A DNA stretch of 56,911 nucleotides, from positions 1 to 56,911 of the forward strand of contig JAUCBJ010002337.1 in the NCBI GenBank assembly GCA_032718475.1, in the 5' to 3' direction. This document shows, one piece after another, positions 12,267-23,599 of this stretch. Positions within the stretch are counted from its first letter, which is position 1, and each line of letters opens with the position of its first letter. The stretch comes from Nemertoderma westbladi. Lineage: Eukaryota > Animalia > Xenacoelomorpha. The position numbers were made by a program, and so were the translations under genes. The notes beneath the pieces were generated by a model. It had not been told where the DNA came from. It searched no databases and was given only the letters and a program-made list of their open reading frames with translations.

Positions 12267-14052
12267 ATCCGATCTGGGAAAAAATTAGTATCACGATAAG
12301 TATACAATTTAAAAATGCGAAGTTTGAATATGAATCATCAGGATGAAAGCGGTTGAATTGAAGTAAAGTGTTGCAGGGAACATGTGATGTGACATCCGTA
12401 GCAACATTAAAGTGTACATTTAATATCGTCAGTGGTACCCAGCCCCTTGTCATGCATGGTAACTGTCATTCTCAGAGGTAGATAGGCCTACTGTAGTTTT
12501 TCCCTTGACCTTCGAGCCCCCGGCTGACACATGATTGACAGCACCCTGAGATGGATGAATGCTACCACCATACCGCAAATGAGTTTATCATCGTTTTCTC
12601 TTTAGGCTCAATATTCCAAAAACACGAGGCGGAAATGTGTTAATGAATATGAATTAATTAACTAAACTACTGAACTCTACATTAGATCACTAAGGTTTTT
12701 GACCGTTTTGTGTTGGCGTTTACCAGCAGGGCGGGGGTGGGGTTTGGCCCACTGCTTTGGGGACAAATCATAAAATTTTATCCTAATACTCACAACAGAA
12801 ACTATATATAAATATCATTTATTATAATTTATTGTCATTAATTATGTAATCTTTGTGAAATAATCTGACATGAAATGAAGTAAGTATTCTTTCAGTATGA
12901 CTGTACCGTATTCTATCTATGGTCAGGCTAGAGGCAGTTTTTCCAGTAAGTCATTCATTCTGCCGCATCCTACACTTGTAGATCTTATGAATTAGTGCAC
13001 GAACGCAGTTGCAATATTGTGAAATTATAATATACCGACTAGGCGCAGGCGGTGCATAATATTAATATGGTATAAATAATTCAATATTTGTCGCAGAGGC
13101 AACTTACAGAGGTACAGTATACTTACTAGCCCTTGGAAATAAGCTGAAAATCTTTGCAATCCTATATACTGTATAATATGTTAATGTTGGACAATATCTA
13201 TATACTGTAGGCCTAGTATTGTGGGTGCAGTGACTTGCCAAATGATACCGGTAGTCACTTACCCAATAAAAATAAAACAAAACTAAAAATGATTCACATT
13301 CCCATTAAGTTGCTAAAAATCCCATACTTCCACAAAATTAATCGTATTGATAATTATTTTCGGTAATTGGATCATTCCAAATTATATTTCTTTAGAAATT
13401 CGCAGAGCAATGCATTCTACAATCTTCAGTTCCACACTTCAAACAATGAAGACATTTTATCGCCGTTGTTTACATTCTATGAGAGTTCAATGAGGCAATA
13501 AAATATACTGGGATTGTGTGGAAACTACACTGTAAAGCGGGGAGCTGTAATGCCTTATTATGAAGAACATTATACTGTAGTGATGAAAATGTATCCAACC
13601 CATTGTTAACTAAATAACACCAGCCCCAACAATATCACTGCATCTGTGTAGGCCTATCATCTTTTTGTTTGTTAAATAATTAAACCTTATAGAAGAGATT
13701 TGTATGTATAATATAATACATTATTACATGAAGTGGGGGCCTTCGCACAACACGTGACATAAAGTATCTTATGTGAACTGCCAATTTGAAAGAGTTTCTA
13801 AGCAGCAAATTCTAAGCAGTCCCCTAATCACTTTACCACCGAGGAAGAAATTAATATAAACAATAAGAGGAAAGGTACAGTATGAAGGTTTTCATTTCTG
13901 ATATTTCTGAAATGTTTTCATTTCAGCCCACTAGCGGTAGACTGGAGAACTGCCGAGGGAATACTATCCAAACAAAGGCGCAGCCTGTGGATGGTCTATG
14001 GTCTAGAATGTATATTTGCCTAGTTTCAGCTTGAAGGGATAACAATTGACGA

Positions 14053-14217
14053 TGACGAATGTATATGTGGGGCTGCGCATTAATAATGGAGTGACATGCG
14101 GTCAAGTATAACGTATGTGTATTCAGATATTATAAGAAGAGCAAACCAAGCATTAGGCCTAGATGAAAAGGGCAGTACAGAATTCAGAAGGCAGTATAAG
14201 TACTGGAATACTATACA
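14053..14217 (-). repeat. Gypsy 3' LTR
   Basis: TGACGAATG...CTATACA, identical to 19025-19189. Confidence 0.95.
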
Positions 14218-14504
14218 TACTTACTTCCTGGTTTCCATAGGTTGCCAAGCAACGAAAGGCGTTGTTAAGCAACGATATAAACAACTGAGTTTGTGGTATG
14301 AACTAAGTACGCCTAAAATAAACTGTCACCGCACAGCGGTGAAAAAAAAAACGGTTTTCCTAGGCTGCCAAGCAACGGAAAGCGTTGCTAAGCGACGATA
14401 TAAACAGATGAGTTTGTGGCATGAACTAAATAAATGGTTACATAATTCGTATTATTGGGCCATGTAAAATGGAGTTGCGTTTAGGTATAAATTGTCTACA
14501 TGTA

Positions 14505-17500
14505 TTATTTCGGGAAACCATAGTATTGAGGGGGTCGGACTGTGCGTCCGGAACGAGTGGCTGGTTTCGGCGGTTGGGTCGGGGTCTCGGGGGTTGGTGA
14601 AGCGATCTCGGCCCAGGTCGGGGGTGCTTCCGGGGGCGGAGTCGCTGGTTCCGGTACATTTAGGGGCGCGGTCGGCGGACTCGGAGTCGGTGTGGTGGCC
14701 CCTCCTTCCGAGGTGGTGCGGGGTCGGAGGAAGACTCGGTTGCGTCGGAGTACGCTGCCACTCTCCTGGCGGACCATGTAGTCGTGGTTCGGGAGCGCTT
14801 CGACGACTACGCCTTGGCCCGTCCAACGCTTGGTGATGGTATTCTGGACGAGGACAGGTGTCCCTATGGATATAACACGGAGGGGCCGAGTGCGGAGGTC
14901 GTAGGCCGCACGTAGGCTGCGTTTGGATTTTTCGGCGACCTCGTCCAGTTGTTGGAAGCTCCTCCTCCATTTGGGGTCGAATGAGGAGGAATGTGCCGGC
15001 AGGGCTTCCCGTATGTTGCGCCCATACAGTAGTTCTGCAGGCGAGCGCCCGCCGTATCGCGGAGTATTCCGAAACGCGAGTATACCTTGCGCGATTCCGT
15101 CGACATCGTGGTTGGTCCCTCGAACGATTCGTTTCATCGCTTTCACGGCGGCTTCGGCACGGCCGTTGGTGCGGGGGAGGTATGGGGACGATGGGTCGAA
15201 GTGGACCCCCCAGTTTTTAAGGAAGGTCCTCACCGCCTCTGAACCGAACTGGGGGCCGCCGTCGGGATGGAACTCCTGGGGGACGGCGGTAGCTAGAAAT
15301 AGACGTCGGAGGTTCATGATGATGGCAGCCGAGGTTGTATCGGAACCAAGTCGGAACAAAGTGGGCCAACCGGTGTATTCGTCGGTAGCGACCATGTAGT
15401 TCGTGCTGTCCGCCACGAATAGGTCGGCGTGGACCCTTTGGAACGGCCGAGTGGCTTCGGGGTGTCGTTGGAGGGGTTCCGGTGCTTGGGACGGTAGTGA
15501 CGACTGACAGGATTGACAGCTCTCGATGGTGACCGCAATGTCGTTCGAAATGGTCGGCCACCAGACCGACCGACTTGCGCGCTCACGGGTCTTGTTGAGG
15601 CCCTGGTGGGCGGCGTGGAGTAGTCGGAGGGTGTTGGAGCGGAGTTCCTTCGGGATGTAGATCCGCGGCCCGTGGAGGATGACGCCATCGTGTACCATGA
15701 GGTCCGTGCGGTGCTGGAAGTAGGGTCGCAGGTCGTCGTTGGTAATGTTATGACGTGACGTCGGCCAGCCGTCCCGGATCGTGGCGAGGAGAGCCGAGTA
15801 GATCGGGTCGACGGCGCCGGCGGCTCGGAGTTCGTCGAGTCGGGCGTCGCGGGCGTCGAGTGTCTGCGCTGTCTCAGCGAGAGCCGCCGAGACGATGAAC
15901 TCGCGGTCGTTGTTGTCGTCGGCCGCGAGGACGAGGTCATCCGGAGTGGGTTTATTTCGCGGCGAGCGGGAGAATGCGTCGGCGACGAGGTGCCGGGATC
16001 CTTTCTGATGGCGGGCAGTGAAGTTAAACCGCGATAGAGCCGTTTTTAATTTTAAGAGACGGTCATTTGAGACCTGGTCGAGCCGTCTATCATTCAGGAT
16101 GGGTATGAGGGGGCTACAGTCCGTGACGAGGTCGAAGTGGTTTAGCCCATCCAGGAAGTAGCGGCACTTGTGTGCCGCCCAGGCCGCTCCGAGGGCCTCC
16201 AGTTCGGCCATCCCGGACCAGTTAGCCTCGTGTTTGGCGAGGGTCCGAGAGCCGCACTGGATGGTCAGCCAGCGGTTTGGAGTCGGGTCCCATTGGCGTA
16301 GGAGGAATCCAAGGCCATTGAGTCGAGAGGCGTCTGTCAGCAGTTCGGTTTTCCTGTTGGGGTGGAAGCCGGAGAGGTAGAGTGGGCTGGACAGTGCTGA
16401 TCGGGTGGACTCGAAGGCGGTCTGGTGTTGTGGCAGCCAAACCCAGGTGGTGCGGTCCGTGTTGAGGCTGCGCAGTGGCTCGACGAGTTGGGAAATCTCC
16501 GGAGTCGAGTTTCCCAACTGTTGTGCGAGGCCGAGGAAGGACCGGAGTTCGCGACGGTTGGTTGGAACCGGAAAGTTACGGAGGTCGTCAGTGAGGGATG
16601 GGTCGATCCGGTAGTTGCCGTGACTGACGAGGTAGCCTCCGAAGCGGACTTCGGGGCGGCAGTATTGGACCTTGTCCGTGTTTATTGATATGTTGGCGGC
16701 GTCGCAGGCTGCTAGAACGCGAGCGACTGCTTCCGGGTGTTGTTCGGCTGTCTCCGTGTGGATGATGACATCCTCCACGATCCGTCCGATGTCGGGAATC
16801 CCATGGAGTGCTCGGGCCATCCTCGCGTTGAACACATCCGAGCTTCCGTGCCACCCCATGGGCATCCGCCGGTAGCGGAAACGGCCACGTGGGGTGGCGA
16901 AGGTAGTGAGGCGGCGGCTGGCAAGGTCGAGACCCACCTGGTGGAAGCCCTTCAGGCCATCGAGGACGGTAAAGTACCGGGCCGAGGTTGGGATTTTGGA
17001 AACGACGTGGAATGGGGAGTCGGAGAAGTAGCTCGGGCGAACCGTAGCTTTATTAAGTTCGCGCAGATCGACCGTTATGCGAACTTTGTTGGGGTCGCTC
17101 TTTTTGCGTGTGACGACCATCGGGCTGAGCCACTCGCCCGGGTTATTCTCGTCTCCGGCGGGTTCCAGTATACCCATGGCGATCTGGGTGTCGAGTTCCT
17201 GGTTGAATGCCGCCTCCATGTTGACGGGGATGGTTCGATTAGTGTAGCATTGGTTAGGTCGGGCGCCAGGGATGAGTTTGATTGTTATTTCCCCGCCGGT
17301 CATTATGCGACACTGCCCTGAGAGTGGGCGGGGAAAGCGGCGTTCGAGCGCTTCCCAGTCGGCGTTGGCGGACGCCACTGGGGGTATGGTGGTGGCTTGT
17401 GGATCGGTAGAGGAGGGCGGGGGGGTGGCCGGCGTTATCGGGGCGATGGCTGGCCCGGTCGGTGCCGGTTTATTGGTGGCTTTGGTTGGTAACGGCGTTG

Positions 17501-18956
17501 CAGTGGGCTTGGTTTGCTCTGAATATGAGTAGTTCGTTGTCGCCGTGAGGTCGCCACCGCGGAGTATCGGGCTCCGCAGGATGCCCAAGGTGAAGCACGC
17601 CCGTCGGGAGAGGAGGGGCTGTTGGAGTCCATCGAGAACCCACAGGTCTGTAGTGCAGACAGTTCCGAGGGTGGCGCATCGAAGTGTGGCGTTAAATATG
17701 CCTTTAAGCGACCACCCATCGCGGCTCCCATTGGCAAGGCGGGGGGCCTGAGGTGTATCGGAGTCTCGGTGGTTCGTCATTGGTTCGCCGTCGGGGTGGC
17801 GGAGGTTCTCGAGGCGACCACCGAACGCCCTGAAGGTTCGCCATGGGATAGTGGACACATTAGCTCCAGAATCGGGCAGGAATTGGAGTTCGGGGATTCC
17901 GTGTGAGGGGTTCTTGGTGACCTGGAATCCGATGGTCACTGTCTCTAGGGATTCGAGTCTCTCGGTGGCGGAGACGGCTGGGATGGCTCCAAAGTCGAGT
18001 CCCTCCAGGATTGTCGACCATATTTGGGCGTGGCTGGCGGACTCTGGGGCATTCCGGGCATTGTCTGGTACCCAATCGGTTGAGTTTGTCTTTGGGTTGT
18101 GAGTGGGGCGGTTGCGGCACATGCGGTCGTAGTGGCCGACCAGGTTGCAGTGCCGGCAGTGCGCCGCAGCACCCGGGCAACGTTTACCTGCCAGGTGAGG
18201 GGGATATCCACATTGCTGGCACTTCGAGTTCAACCGTTCCTTGGGCGGTGGCTGCGTGCGTCGCGGTGTCGCTCCGATGCGACTGGCGACTGCAGAAGGA
18301 ATGGGCGAGGGGTGGGCAAGGGATGCCGCGTCTTTGCGGGCTGCCCAGACGGCTTGTGCTAGTCGGAGTGCGTCGCCGAGGGTGCAGTCGTTAGGAAGCC
18401 GCAGGAGTTGCTCGGTAACCTCCTTATCGACGAATCCGGACGTGAATTGGTCCAGGAGGCGGTCCTCCGTGTGGGCTTCCTTGGTTGCGAGGGGGGCGAA
18501 GTCGCACTTGGTAGCTATATCGCGTAGGGCAACGAGGAACGATTCCGGACTCTCTTCCGGAAGACGGTGGCGTCGGGCCAGCTGTTGACGGTAAACGCGT
18601 TTGTTGGTTCCGCCGTCGATGTGCTGACCCAACCGGTTAATCACGGTCTCCGAGTTCGCGTTTTCCGCTGCGGTAAGGGCGAGCCCCTTGACGACGGCGT
18701 TAGTTGCGCGAGAGAACGCTGTTGTGAGGGCAGCGCGGCGTAGACGGAGAGTGGATCGGTTGAGGTCTTCGGTTACAACGGCGACTGGAGGTGTAGCCGG
18801 GTCGGACACGTACAGGTTGAGAAGACCCGAGGTGGCGAGGAAGGCGTCCCATTCATCTTTCCATAGTTCCCAAGTTGTCCTTTCGGATTCGATGTCGAAT
18901 GCGGGTGGGGAGCTGCGCAGGACGAAGATGTGGGGGTTGCGTGGGTCCGTCGCCAT
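14505..18956 (-). CDS. Gypsy Gag-Pol polyprotein (Gag with 2 Zn knuckles, PR, RT, RH, IN), 1483 aa
   Basis: Zn knuckles CQQCGYPPH..C and CRHCNLVGH..C. Protease LPDSGA. RT VDLRELN, LDGLKGFHQ, MPMG, IVED. RNase H TDAS/ELEA/VTD/ADAFSR. Integrase HAAHQG..CQSC, ADLF, DGGPQF, NGRAE. Confidence 0.95.
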   Translation of the reverse strand: MATDPRNPHIFVLRSSPPAFDIESERTTWELWKDEWDAFLATSGLLNLYVSDPATPPVAVVTEDLNRSTLRLRRAALTTAFSRATNAVVKGLALTAAENANSETVINRLGQHIDGGTNKRVYRQQLARRHRLPEESPESFLVALRDIATKCDFAPLATKEAHTEDRLLDQFTSGFVDKEVTEQLLRLPNDCTLGDALRLAQAVWAARKDAASLAHPSPIPSAVASRIGATPRRTQPPPKERLNSKCQQCGYPPHLAGKRCPGAAAHCRHCNLVGHYDRMCRNRPTHNPKTNSTDWVPDNARNAPESASHAQIWSTILEGLDFGAIPAVSATERLESLETVTIGFQVTKNPSHGIPELQFLPDSGANVSTIPWRTFRAFGGRLENLRHPDGEPMTNHRDSDTPQAPRLANGSRDGWSLKGIFNATLRCATLGTVCTTDLWVLDGLQQPLLSRRACFTLGILRSPILRGGDLTATTNYSYSEQTKPTATPLPTKATNKPAPTGPAIAPITPATPPPSSTDPQATTIPPVASANADWEALERRFPRPLSGQCRIMTGGEITIKLIPGARPNQCYTNRTIPVNMEAAFNQELDTQIAMGILEPAGDENNPGEWLSPMVVTRKKSDPNKVRITVDLRELNKATVRPSYFSDSPFHVVSKIPTSARYFTVLDGLKGFHQVGLDLASRRLTTFATPRGRFRYRRMPMGWHGSSDVFNARMARALHGIPDIGRIVEDVIIHTETAEQHPEAVARVLAACDAANISINTDKVQYCRPEVRFGGYLVSHGNYRIDPSLTDDLRNFPVPTNRRELRSFLGLAQQLGNSTPEISQLVEPLRSLNTDRTTWVWLPQHQTAFESTRSALSSPLYLSGFHPNRKTELLTDASRLNGLGFLLRQWDPTPNRWLTIQCGSRTLAKHEANWSGMAELEALGAAWAAHKCRYFLDGLNHFDLVTDCSPLIPILNDRRLDQVSNDRLLKLKTALSRFNFTARHQKGSRHLVADAFSRSPRNKPTPDDLVLAADDNNDREFIVSAALAETAQTLDARDARLDELRAAGAVDPIYSALLATIRDGWPTSRHNITNDDLRPYFQHRTDLMVHDGVILHGPRIYIPKELRSNTLRLLHAAHQGLNKTRERASRSVWWPTISNDIAVTIESCQSCQSSLPSQAPEPLQRHPEATRPFQRVHADLFVADSTNYMVATDEYTGWPTLFRLGSDTTSAAIIMNLRRLFLATAVPQEFHPDGGPQFGSEAVRTFLKNWGVHFDPSSPYLPRTNGRAEAAVKAMKRIVRGTNHDVDGIAQGILAFRNTPRYGGRSPAELLYGRNIREALPAHSSSFDPKWRRSFQQLDEVAEKSKRSLRAAYDLRTRPLRVISIGTPVLVQNTITKRWTGQGVVVEALPNHDYMVRQESGSVLRRNRVFLRPRTTSEGGATTPTPSPPTAPLNVPEPATPPPEAPPTWAEIASPTPETPTQPPKPATRSGRTVRPPQYYGFPK

Positions 18957-19014
18957 GTCGGGTGCGGTAGTTAAATGGACGTCGGTGGGTCCGGATTATC
19001 CGCGTGTTCAGAAA

Positions 19015-19024
19015 CGCTGCGCCA
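19015..19024 (-). promoter_or_regulatory. Primer-binding site TGGCGCAGCG, probably tRNA-Ser
   Basis: Directly abuts the 5' LTR end (…TTCGTCA|TGGCGCAGCG). Complementary to a …CGCUGCGCCA tRNA 3' end, as in eukaryotic tRNA-Ser. Confidence 0.7.
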
Positions 19025-19189
19025 TGACGAATGTATATGTGGGGCTGCGCATTAATAATGGAGTGACATGCGGTCAAGTATAACGTATGTGTATTCAGAT
19101 ATTATAAGAAGAGCAAACCAAGCATTAGGCCTAGATGAAAAGGGCAGTACAGAATTCAGAAGGCAGTATAAGTACTGGAATACTATACA
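19025..19189 (-). repeat. Gypsy 5' LTR
   Basis: Identical to 14053-14217. Confidence 0.95.
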
Positions 19190-19291
19190 GACGAAATGAG
19201 AGAAGGTTTTCACTTTCAGATATATTTGACCTCCTGCGGCAAACTGTAGAAGTGTAGAGTGCCGTCCCACAAAGAAGCAGGTCGTTTTCTA

Positions 19292-19614
19292 ATACATACA
19301 TACATACATACATACATACATACATACATACATACATACATACATACATACATACATACATACATACATACATACATACATACATACATACATACATACA
19401 TACATACATACATACATACATACATACATACATACATACATACATACATACATACATACATACATACATACATACATACATACATACATACATACATACA
19501 TACATACATACATACATACATACATACATACATACATACATACATACATACATACATACATACATACATACATACATACATACATACACCCCTACATACA
19601 TACATACATACATA
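19292..19614. repeat. (TACA)n microsatellite, about 80 units
   Basis: Nearly perfect array with one interruption near 19587. Confidence 0.98.
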
Positions 19615-21028
19615 TACCCCGAGATTCAGCTTAAACGAATTAAATCACGGGAAGGTGGAAGTGGATGGTGTTCTCTTTCGGACATTTTGCCCTCTAGCGG
19701 CAGACTTCAGAACTGCAGACCGTTGTGTTCTAGCACATATATGACACACTTCAGCTTAACGGATCATAAATAACATAATGGGTCAAGGATTTCACTTGGG
19801 GACTATTCGCCCTCAAGCGGCATACTAGAGAACTGCAGACGGATGAGCTTTCTTTGAATGACACAGTTTATAGTCAGTACAAATCTGCCAAGTTTCAGCT
19901 TCAAAGGATTAAAATAAACGGGTAGATATTTATTGTTTAGTCAATATGGTTGCAGACAACAACGACAACCAACTAAAGTATTTGTCATTATTTACCCACC
20001 ACCCTAACACTGTCAGTTCGCTAAGACTTTCTTCGTGTGCATGCCCCACTGCACATCTTGTGGGGTATGGCCGTTTTGGAGGTGTAGTTACGAACCGACA
20101 GTAAGAAATAGCATCACAAAAACATGACAGTTACATCATTTTCACTATTTAATATATTATATAACAACACTATAACACTTTACAACACTCAACTATGCCA
20201 GATGATAACGGTTCATATCTCCAACTTAGGAGAACGAATTGAAACCCTGTCACGATCTTGAGGAACATCATCACTGAAAAAAAAGAAATGATCTAACTCT
20301 TCCTTTTACTCCTCAGAAGCCATCGCCTTAGTGTCAACATCCATGTGTCTGCTGCGCTGCAAGCTAATAAAATTATCTATAACAATTTGATACAAGCAAC
20401 TTACAAAAACATACATATTTACTTTAATTTTACTTTAATTTGACTTTAATATTAAAAAAATTCAATTTATATGTACCTCAATTTTGATCACTAACACATC
20501 CGCATGGATGCCCAATTGTATTTTATGCCTCAATGCCACTATAAACTGCTCTTTTCCAAACGTTTTGCTCCATAAATTCACTTCACGATATCTTAAATTG
20601 CAGGGAATCGCAGGTTGCGGGCACATCAAAAGGCCGTCGACATTAAAAATATCGATAAGCAAACTAAAAAGGAAATGCGAACTACGAAAAATATCGTGGG
20701 ATTGACAACAGCGGACAAACTCAAACTCCGTCAAATTTGCGCGAAAGATGGTGAAGGTCTGATTGGCTGTTTCGCTAATAACCGACCAGTTACCCGGGAC
20801 AATTTCTTGTCAGTACCAGTCGGGTTCAACCCATCAACAAGAAGAGCTTCATCTGCCACATAAATGTTATTTATTTACTTATTAGGATTTGTTATTTGTG
20901 TTTTGTAATTTTATTATCATAATTTTCTATCAAAAATCTAGAATTTTCCCTTTGTCCCCCTTTCCGTCCCAAATTTTCGTTTCGGTTCAAAATTAACTTA
21001 ATGAATGGGAGAATCTTTTAGGCTCGTT

Positions 21029-21679
21029 AAGGAATGCCTGTTCACCACCATGGGTGATCTTCCTCAATAAACCCTTCCACTCTGTTTCCTAAAGGAATGC
21101 CTGTTCACCACCATGTGTGATCTTCCACAGTAAACCCTTCCACTCTGTTTCATAAAGAATGCCTGTTCACCACCATGGGTGATCTTCCATAATAAACCCA
21201 TCCACTCTGTTTCCTAAAGGAATGCCTGTTCACCACCATGGGTGATCTTCCACAGTAAACCCTTCCACTTTGTTTCCTAAAGGAATACCTGTTCACCACA
21301 ATGGGTGATCTTCCACAATAAACCCATCCACTCTGTTTCCTAAAGGAATGCCTGTTCACCACCATCTGTGATCTTCCACAGTAAACCCTTCCACTCTGTT
21401 TCCTAAAGGAATGCCTGTTCACCACCATGGGTGATCTTCCACATTAAACCCTTCCACTCTGTTTCCTAAAGGAATGCCTGTTCACCACCATGTGCGATCT
21501 TCCACAGTAAACCCTTCCACTCTGTTTAATAAAGAATGCCTGTTCACCACCATGGGTGATCTTTCACAATAAACCCATCCACTCTGTTTCCTAAAAAAGA
21601 ATGCCTATTCATCACCATGGGTGATCTTCCACAGTAAACCTTTCCACTCTGTTTCCTAAAGGAATGTCTGTTCATCACA
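21029..21679. repeat. 63-bp minisatellite, about 10 copies
   Basis: Unit AAGGAATGCCTGTTCACCACCATGGGTGATCTTCCACAGTAAACCCTTCCACTCTGTTTCCTA; starts at 21029, 21092 and onward. Confidence 0.95.
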
Positions 21680-21877
21680 ACACTGGAAAGCTCTTTGCAA
21701 AGTAGGTATGATGTTTTATTCCAAAATCGAAATATTTTAATAAACAGTGCAGATGAAAACAGCGCATTAAAAAACGTTTTCTACTACTATAATCGGCCTG
21801 CTGCATTGCAGCTTCACATTGATATGCTATGCCAGCTGAAGAAAACCACCACCATGTAATTCACAATTGAAAAGCTC

Positions 21878-21960
21878 CAATGCACCATGCATTAATGCAT
21901 CAATGCACCATGCATTAATGCATCAATGCAGCATGCATTAATGCATCAATGCAGCATGCA
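21878..21960. repeat. 23-bp tandem repeat with palindromic core, about 3.5 copies
   Basis: CAATGCA(C/G)CATGCATTAATGCAT repeated. Confidence 0.9.
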
Positions 21961-22096
21961 CGCTGCATTGGTCAAGTACAGTAGGATTGAGCACAGTGGC
22001 AGCAAATTATAGTAGTGACAGATGGGAGGCCATGAGGACGTAAATTGAGGAGTTACAAGGTATCAGGTAGTATTTACAGGTCTACCTTTTACCTGA

Positions 22097-22170
22097 GCCG
22101 CTAGCTGAATGGTTAGACGTCATACGTCCAATCCGGAGATCTCCAGTTCGATCCCACCTAGACGTCATTG
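22097..22170 (+). mobile_element. tRNA-derived SINE head (Pol III A/B boxes) or tRNA pseudogene
   Basis: Box A-like TAGCTGAATGGTTAG at about 22102 and box B-like AGTTCGATCCC at about 22145, with tRNA-like spacing. No intact cloverleaf. Confidence 0.5.
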
Positions 22171-23599
22171 CCGACTTTGTAAAAGCTGTGCCCAACAAAA
22201 GTTACAATCCAGAGATTTGGTATCCTCAGCAGTTAGAGCCTAGCATATTGACTTCCATAACAGAGTACTGGTTCTACTGCTGCTCTACATAATCGGACCT
22301 TAATTTTCCGACGGATTTTGAGTGACTTGATAATTCTGGACAGCCCATTCAATGTAGCCCATACCTTTCCCCAGCGTATTCACATTTACAATATATTAAC
22401 AAAGCATCAAAGATACAATTATTATTAGAAGATTTCATGATTCTGCAGTGAAGTTATTGTATATTTTACCTTATCTAGTGAGAAACCTGTACCCTGTTTG
22501 GACACACAGACCGCACCTTCATCTCGATTTTTGTTTATTATTTAATAAGATTAATAATAACATAATTTGGTAGCAGATTTGCTTTGACTAACCATTAATC
22601 TACTAATAATAATTAAAGCAATCTTAATTTTTCTGGTTCTGTTTAATTGTATTGTAAAGTTTATCTATCGTCTAGAACAGTAAGGTCTATTATACTTCGC
22701 TATCTACAACTGTAAGGTGATATTTTGTCCTCTAATTTTCTAAATAATACTTACGGCGTTAAGAAATACTGTAATTCTAGAATAACTGTTATTTTTCTAT
22801 TTGACGAAATACATTGTTGTCCCTTGTTTTCAAAATATATCCGTTGACAGGGAAATAACGTCTACATGTGAAGAATACCAGGTTTTTCACTTTTCGGTCG
22901 AAATTCCATTGAAATTATTTATACAGTATGAAGAATTTGTATTTTTCCTTATTAAGTTTTCCCTATTTGCTTTAGTTAGATTCAACCCACCTCCGTACTC
23001 GAGGTTTTTGTGAAAATCTGATATACTTCACATGGCCAATAAAGTCGATCGATGACCCCCTATTCATAAGAATAGTAAGAGTAAAAATAGCAGTGCTATA
23101 ATATAATTAATAACAGTCCGTGATCTCTGACTCTCTCTCTACAGGCACATAAGGTTTTCGTTGCCGTCAATATTTATTTCTTTCCAAACACTTATCTAAT
23201 TCTAATTTATACGCCTTCCTGGTATTCCATAGGTAGTAAAATTGGAACTTTGTCAGACAATTGCACTTATGCAGCGCTCACCAGGTTATCTAACTGCAGC
23301 TTCAAACAAAGCAGAGGAATAATTATGCATAACGTAACCAATAGGAATGATGCTATTATGTGCTATTGAAGAATTTCTGATACATTAGCCAATGAAAAAC
23401 ATTACTCGCCAGAATTATTTAGAAGTATATTATCTTGAGACTCAAGATGTTTACAACATTCATATTCCATTATTACTCAGTTTTAGAATTTATTATTATC
23501 CTTATTCTCGTGAAAATAAATGATTATTATAGTTAAATAAAAAGTGTATTACTATCAACTAAATTAAAGAAACTATATATATGTTATATTATTAATGTA

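Larger units (their letters stand above)
14053..19189 (-). mobile_element. Complete Ty3/Gypsy LTR retrotransposon (Mag/K02A2.6-like), very recent
   Basis: Identical 165-bp LTRs (TG...CA), 5-bp TSD GACGA (14048-14052 and 19190-19194), tRNA PBS, single gag-pol ORF. Confidence 0.95.

Noticed and set aside
14390-14430. Possible hammerhead ribozyme (CAGATGAG)
   Set aside because: Core is not CTGATGA, no correctly placed GAAA, and the duplicate copy differs.
14452-19083. Many overlapping ORFs over the Gypsy polyprotein
   Set aside because: Shadow frames expected from high GC.
19131-19744. Long ORFs MYVC.../YIHT...
   Set aside because: Translations of the (TACA)n microsatellite.
21150-21428. 21-aa repeat ORF, or CRISPR-like array
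   Set aside because: 63-bp tandem units without spacers; other units contain stops and indels.
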